From Amoebophrya sp. A120 (lineage: Eukaryota; Protista; Dinoflagellata): a stretch of 64,000 nt of DNA. This document shows, piece after piece, positions 57,428 to 64,000 of this stretch (the stretch's first letter is position 1; every line of letters begins with the position of its first letter). Where the stretch lies: NCBI GenBank assembly GCA_905178155.1, contig CAJINV010000003.1, positions 10,984,388-11,048,387 on the forward strand, read 5' to 3'. A model generated the notes under the pieces. It was not told the DNA's origin. It saw nothing but the letters and a program-made list of their open reading frames with translations, and searched no databases. A program made the position numbers and the translations under genes.

Positions 57428-58103
57428 GAGCAACGTGAAAGTCTGATTAGATAGAAGTTGTGAAGTGAGAACGAGCTAGTATCTTGTTCTTGACACGCTT
57501 TGCTCGCGGTTCCAACTGTGCTCCTGCTCCTGGTCGCTCGGCCTACTGCACCGGACAAAAGCCCACAAGAATGAGTTTTTGACGTCGATGAAAGGTCGTG
57601 TAACTGACAGAGCGTCCAAAGCATAAGCAAGAAGAGAAAGCATAACCATAAGTCAATGCAGCTCCTGCACTGCAGCTGGACTGACCTCTTAGTGTCTTGC
57701 TTTTACTTGAAATCAGAGGACTTGTTTTTCCTCCTGGATCTCATTGTCATTCTGAGCATGTTTATTTATTTTGCTCAGCACGCTTTTCTCGCGCCGGCGG
57801 CTGTAGTTCAGATGATATTATTTCCTCAGCAGGCTGCAGTACTTGCAAACGAAACCGTCGAACACGAAAGGTCTTATTTGGCGCACCTTTCACGTTAGCG
57901 CTCCTTCACAGGGAAGAAAAGGTGGCCTAGCTTTCTATCATCCACCTCAGTGTTGAGTCGATCCATTGATCTCGATCTCCTTCTTTCCTGAAATGACCAT
58001 GGTACAAATTAGGCGGACCTTCGCAGTACGCGTGGTTGGAATTTAGAAGAACGCCACTGACCTTGATGTGTTTGTTAGCGCGATCACATATTATGTGCAC
58101 CTT

Positions 58104-58151
58104 TCTTCATTTAAATACAGAAAGATATCTTCATTTAAATACAGAAAGATA
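58104..58151. repeat. 24-bp perfect tandem duplication
   Basis: TCTTCATTTAAATACAGAAAGATA x2. Confidence 0.9.
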
Positions 58152-58336
58152 TGTCATCAAACTCAGGATGATCAGGAACGATTTATTTGAAGAACGAAGA
58201 AGCATCGTGCTCATTTTGAACACGGTTGCGTAGTTACTCACTTACACGGGAACAAGCTCATCATTGGCCTTCTTGTTTATTTTGTGCCGTCGGTCCTCCC
58301 TTAAATGTTTTTCTCAAATCGTTCGCGGCCGTCAAA

Positions 58337-58927
58337 ATGAGCAAAGACTCGAAGCGGCGCAAAACCGCGGACGTGGAGGACATCTGGGAGGACAAAGTAG
58401 GGACCGTCGACTACATCAACATTCCGCCAGAGTCAAAAAGGTCGGCGTGGGGTATCATAGTTACTTGCGGCGCAAAGAAAGATCTACATTTTGAAAAATA
58501 CTACTTCAACGTATCGCGAGAGCACCTCGTGTCCGACGGCATCAGGAAAGGCGACGCGGTGACATTTAGGGGTAACCCAGCCGATCTCCCTGTTGCGGGG
58601 CACAATTTCCCTGAAGCGACTTGCGTTCGCGTGACAAAGGCGTCCGATGACGATTCGCTCCAGCACCAGCACCGGAAAGACCCCGAACAGGAAACGCTTT
58701 CCTTCGCGAAAAAGCTGTCGGAAGTCTGGCCCGCTTGCGGGGAGCAGCTGGCCTGTCAGGTCGAATTTCTGGTAAATAATGTGGCGGACTTGATTCACCC
58801 GCAGAGCGATGTATTCAAGGGAACAAATGCACGCCCAATTGTCGTGCCTTGCCCTTACTCATTAATGTGCATCGATCGGCCGACGCCCGAAGGCGAATTC
58901 GAAGTGTTGGTGGAGTCGCGTAGTTGA
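58337..58927 (+). CDS. Exon or ORF with cold-shock/OB-fold-like segment
   Basis: ATG in A-rich context; GTVDYIN..WGII..YYFN..IRKGDAVTF resembles the CSD beta-strand pattern. Confidence 0.4.
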   Translation: MSKDSKRRKTADVEDIWEDKVGTVDYINIPPESKRSAWGIIVTCGAKKDLHFEKYYFNVSREHLVSDGIRKGDAVTFRGNPADLPVAGHNFPEATCVRVTKASDDDSLQHQHRKDPEQETLSFAKKLSEVWPACGEQLACQVEFLVNNVADLIHPQSDVFKGTNARPIVVPCPYSLMCIDRPTPEGEFEVLVESRS

Positions 58928-59234
58928 TTGGTACAGCTGTAACTAGCTCTAGCATCTTCGCCGTGATTCGGATACGCGTCGCAGCATCAAGGAGCTGCGC
59001 CCTGCATGACGAGTAGAAGCCGCTACTTCCCACTTCAATCATCTAAAGCCACCCTCTTTGCAAGAACCAAATTATCTGTACCAGTGTAGTGGCCTAGTGT
59101 GCTTATTGTAAGTAGTTGACCTTGACTCGAATTTCACAATCACAAGAAACGAACGCGATGATCCGTCGTGCTCATTTAAGCTCAACGGTAACGAATAGCT
59201 TGCCGAATAAGTACTTTTCGCGGGCGGGGTATGG

Positions 59235-61866
59235 GTGTGCAATGTTCCTTCTTCATCATACTACGGCGCGCTGGCCCAGGGGTCCGCTAACAGCATTGTG
59301 CTGTTGGACGGTCCAACGGGGTCCGGGAAATCTACCCTCGTGGGTATGATGCGCGGTTGGACAACGTGCTGGGCGGTGGAGGGGTCGCGCACAGTCCTGC
59401 AGTACAAGAGCCCCAAGCTAGCCGCTGAAGCAGGCGCGCCAAAAATCGGGCACTCTTTAATGCAGAGCGAAACTCTGCGCGCACAACTACACCCGCTTGG
59501 GGAGAGGCCTGGAAATGACCAGGATGGAGCAAAACACGAAGCCATTGGCGGCACTGGACGTGGCGGGGTATATTTGGTTACGGCTTGGACGGTAGTTAGA
59601 AATCCCGGCCGCGGATATTGTGCGGATATTATGACTCAAATGGAAAACGTGCGACAGTTTTTCTCTCGTCGTGGTCGATCTTTCTCGCCGACCCCCAGCC
59701 CCCCGCCCAAGGCCAGGGGCGGGCCAGGGGTGGGCCGGGGATCGATGGGCCAGGGGAGGGTCGCCCAGGGGCGGGAGGGTGGGGACCCCGTTCCGACCCC
59801 TGATCGCGGCCGACCCCGGCAAACGCCTAGCCTGGCCCCGTGCATGTTGGCCGGCCGCTCGTGGGCGGTCGGCCCATTTTTTCGCTGCAGCCTTGGGAAG
59901 CACGCCTTGGCCTTGCGAGTCTGCCTGGCATGGAGGCCAGGTGCCGGGGACAGACTCCCAAGACTGCGGAGTTGGCGGGAGTCCCCTGTCCTGAAGCGCT
60001 CCCGCCCACCTGTAGCAGTGGCCAGGAGCCTTCAACCCCGCCCGGAAGGTTCGTTGGACAGGACTTCCCGGCCGAACCTCCGTCTTGGGAGTCCTTCTTC
60101 AAGGAGGCAAAAAAGTGTCTGCGGACTGGCGAAAAAAAGGTCCCGCGGATTTGTTGGACAGGCACGATTTTTGGCGCCCGTTGCCTGACCCAAAAAATCC
60201 ACCATAGCGTGCGGGCGCGGATTTTTTGGCACAAATCCGCGACAAATCCGCGAGGCCCGCTGAAAACAAATCCGCGGACCCCCTTTCGACAAATCCGCGG
60301 ACCCCCTCCGCCACGTCCGCGAATCGAGAATCCGATCGGGATTGGCGCCCTGCCAAGTGCCCTCGGGGGGCTTTATCAGGCTGCTATGGCCCATCCGCGG
60401 CGATCATCAAAGGCGCGTCCGCTTTGGGAGCGGGCGGGCCTCCGTGCCTTGGAACCTCCGGGGGGGCCTTCCAGGCTGCTATGGCCCCGGTTGGGGAAGG
60501 GCTTGGGGAGGGACTGGGGGAGGGGCCGCAGGGGTGGGCCGGCGGAGGGTAGGCCCGGGGTGGGCCTGGGGTCGGTGGGGCAGGGGAGGGTGAGCCAGGG
60601 GAGGATGGGCCCAGGGTGGGCCAGGGGTCGGTAGGGCAGGGGTGGGCCAGGGGACGGCCAGGGGAGGTCGGGCGGCCAGGGTTGGGCCAGGGGTCGGGGG
60701 GGCAACCAGGGGTGGGCCAGCCAGGGGCGGGCCAGCCAGGGGCGGGCCAGCCAGGGGCGGGCCACCAGGGGCGGGCCACCAGGGACCCAAATCCGCACAA
60801 TATCCGCGCGCCCTTATTCTAACGGGTGTCCAAGCTCTAAATATTTGGTATGGTGCTGCGATTCATATTACTTAGTCTTTGAAGATTGATATTTATTTTT
60901 ATTGACTACGTAACTCCTGGCAAGCGGCGTGGCTTTTTTCGGGTCATTTCGGGCAGCGCAGTGCTGGGTGGTGCCCGTCCACTCATGAGGATGGAAAACA
61001 CCCCTAAGAACCATCCGGGGCGCACACAGAAGATCCTACTATGTTTATACAATGAACAAGAACAAGATTTTGATGATGATCTGATGATGACTCAGTCGTG
61101 CCTACAGCATGAGTTGTACGCTTTAAAAAGTGGCGCCATAATTATAATCCTCAGCGCCGGCGCCACGACGCTGTGCATTGTAGTCTTTTGCTGTAATTAG
61201 AATTCCTTGTGGTAATTGTTAGACCATCAAGTTCAGCTACATCATCAATAAATCATAGACCGGAGTTCCCGATTGGTTTTTTTGCTTGGTTTGACCCTGA
61301 CATGACACCACGGAAGAAGGAGCAAATTCTATGCTGTTCATCAAATCCACAAAAAAACTCACCGCTTCAGAACGGGGGACAGGCGTGGCGTTGACATGGA
61401 CAAACCCCACATAACGCCAGAGGATTGCACTCTCGTCGGATCTCTTTCGAGAGCAATGAACATCGACGCCGCGGAAGAAATTGCGTGCGTCGTGGTGGTG
61501 ACGACTTCCCGCACCTTAGGAGACCGACAATCTATCTCCGACTTCGAGGAGAACGCGCTGCGGAACATGCTAGGCAAGTACGGACTTGAAAAGCTTGCGT
61601 CCAGGGCTGTCCTGGTTTTCAGTGGTCCAGGCAAACCGCCCACAGACTCCCCCTACGAAGAGCGTCAAAAAAGTCTGCTGGACGATCTGCGCGCGGTAGT
61701 TCTTCAGGGTACGGGCAAAAGCCGGAACGCGCGAACGAAACCGGCGAAAGCGGTCAAAGCCCTTTGGTTTGAGGTGAAGAAGCTACTGGAGAGCGGTACC
61801 ATTCGCATTTTCATCTCAGACGCGTTTTTTGGTTTCGCCTTTGTTCTTTCTCACTTTTATGGATGA
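59235..61866 (+). CDS. P-loop GTPase-like (AIG1/TRAFAC-type) exons interrupted by an insertion
   Basis: IVLLDGPTGSGKSTL (G1), KIGHSLMQSET (G2-like), and a later exon with IACVVVVT and RAVLVFS strands; the exon structure was not resolved. Confidence 0.5.
59578..60840. mobile_element. GC-rich non-autonomous TIR element with 8-9-bp TSD
   Basis: Left TTACGGCTTGGAC..GTTAGAA..CGCGGATATTGTGCGGAT mirrors right ATCCGCACAATATCCGCG..TTCTAAC..GTCCAAGCTCTAA; ATATTTGG(T) at 59570 and 60841; internal GGGGCGGGCCAGCCA tandem repeats. Confidence 0.85.
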
Positions 61867-63113
61867 CGATGTTCTATAAGCACGTCAGTGCTCATCGTCA
61901 TCATCCAGTCACCTATCTGCGCAGCCGTGAGTCTGAGTAGAATCGCCCCCAGTCATTAGATCTCATGGCTACGTTTTCGATGCACTGATCATCACGCGCC
62001 GGCATGAGTATCTCCTTAAGGCGATACTGACCCGGCAACGCTTGCTTTTGTTTGACTATTCAACAGGCCGCGTCTTTTTGTTTGATGGAAGCAAAGAGAG
62101 TGTCAGCGCTATCCGGGAAACCGTCGACGACTCCCGTTCCACCGATAGAAGCATGGCAAAAACCATCCTTACCGAAGAAATCGCGTTCGGCCAGCAGACG
62201 CGGGCGCTAACTGATGCCCTAGAAGCGTGTTCTAGGATATGCCCCGGAAAGTCTGCGCCTTCAGTTTCTTGCTTATGCTTGTTTCAGGCCGATTGTGGTG
62301 CATCTCAATTAGATATAGTACGGATGAGATATGCATAGCATCTGCAGCACTCAGCTTCAAACAATCGGGATCGAGACGGGTCGTACCGTGTAGCTTGCTA
62401 CCTTCTTACCTTTGTTTTTATGTACTTAGACAATTGATATAAGTAGAGGTAGACTTTTATGTTGCGAAAGCCACTGCTGGCGGTGGCGCTGGCCTTGGAA
62501 ACCAGACGCCGACGAGCACGAGGATCATATGCCAGTGCAGGTCTGTCCCCAGTAGAAAAGGTCTTTGTCGTACAACTCTTGTGATTAATATGAGAGAGGT
62601 AGCCAGCCTCGCAACGAGAGAAACTGTGGGCGGGTTTTTTTCCGGCTCGATAGAGTCTCTACTGTAATGTGAAGGAGGCGCAAGCAGTAGACGAAGCAGC
62701 AGGCATGTCCGAAGGCGAGGACCACCTTTCGCTGTATTTTTAGATGTCTTTCTTTTGAGCTTGATTTTGTGTTGCTGTTCCCGTGATCTGACGCACCGGC
62801 AGTGCGAGTGCCCGCGGGTGGGTGCACTTAATCGCAGTGCCTTGCAGAAACTCAGACAACTGACACTTTTGGTGCTGGTGATCTATGATGATGCGAAGCC
62901 TATACTTCGATGCTCATCGAATCCGACCAGCTGAACGCCAGTAGCGCATCAAATGCTCTATCGAACAACCTCATCCCTTGTGATGATTGTGTCCAGGCCA
63001 GCACAGAGCTTCTTTGCGAAGATGGACGACGAGGGTGAAAAATTCTTGACAATTGCTTGTCACTTCATTTCAACACACGCCAATGTCTCCGCTTTTTCAT
63101 TTTTAACTTTCAG

Positions 63114-63891
63114 GTATACCAACATAATTGAGGAAGAAAAGGAAAAACTACACGAAATGGAGGACGTCAATGGAGAAACCAAGGCCATGCGCATGGAGGA
63201 AGTCGAGTCTTTGCAGAAAAAGTTGACGAAAGATAAGAAGGACGTGGAGGCGATCAAGAAAAAAAGCCAACAGCAAAGGGAGACACGCGACAAGCTCACC
63301 AGGGAGATTGCAGCCCTGGAGTCGAAGGCCCGGAAGAAAGGCTCGCGGGCCTTTGTCTCGACAAACTTCTTTGAGGGATACAGTAAGGGGGCGAGGTCCC
63401 CGATCCCAGAGGAACGCGTCCTGCGTCTCGTGCCCATCGATGACGTTTTGGAAGACATGCCCGCGGGCCCCGTGGATGCGGATGCAGGCGCGCCAGGCCA
63501 AGGCGGGCGGCATCGAAATGGGAAGAACGACGGGAGCGATTGGGAGGGGGAGGAGACCGACGCGGAGGATGGCCAGAATTCCCGCGACAACATCGACGAC
63601 GCGGACGCCCTTATCCTGGGCGAAGTGGCCCGCGCCCCCGCTGCAGGGTTCACGTGGGAAGACCAAACGGCGAGCGACGACAAGGGGCTCGAAGTACTAT
63701 TGCGCTGTGCGTTTGTTATCATCTGTTTGATAATATGTTTCATATGTTATAGCGCTCATTTTCTATTTCTAAATGAACCACGTGGTGAGTCGCTGGAATT
63801 GGCGAGATGTCTAGTGGCAGGCGCAAGACTACGCTTCGCAGTATCTTCACTTGCTTGCTCGTATAATTGCATCACTTACTGCTGCAAGTAG
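63114..63891 (+). CDS. Coiled-coil/acidic exon, possibly the 3' part of the GTPase gene
   Basis: Follows a polypyrimidine TTTCAG acceptor; E/K-rich helix, then an acidic linker and a hydrophobic tail. Confidence 0.45.
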
Positions 63892-64000
63892 TATCTTTCT
63901 TCTTGGAGCCTCTTGGTTTACAAGCAGGAAATGCTGCTGCAGCTCTAGAACGTTTTGAAGTTAGTGACTTCAAAGGCCAGCTACGAATGTATCGCACGTA

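Overview
Eukaryotic genomic DNA, by inference from an Amoebophrya-like (syndinian dinoflagellate) protist: all recognisable genes lie on the + strand and many introns are non-canonical, inverted-repeat introner-like inserts. Host genes: 3' part of a tryptophan 2,3-dioxygenase, IFT81, a signal-peptide ATPase-only Hsp70 (HSPA13/STCH-like), a large membrane protein, a Tudor+HNH protein, TMEM107, a long formin, a coiled-coil protein, an APC amino-acid permease, a P-loop GTPase and several unknowns. Two systems stand out. (1) An intact ~7.7 kb non-LTR retrotransposon (8382-16069) with a 13-bp target-site duplication at the first unit of a perfect (TTTAGCC)169 array. Its ORF1 ends in an OTU-like cysteine protease and is separated from the in-frame APE-RT-RNaseH-CCHC ORF2 by a single TGA in the readthrough context TGA-CTA. 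ORF2 has no ATG before its endonuclease motifs. (2) At least 14 TIR elements with TAT...ATA ends and mostly 5-bp direct repeats. Twelve interrupt exons and must be removed precisely, mostly without GT-AG. Two 1.5-1.7 kb copies share the TIR of a 108-bp exonic copy and retain a codon-conserved protein remnant, which points to a possible mobilising parent. Exon joins were deduced by eye from protein motifs; no searches or RNA data were available.
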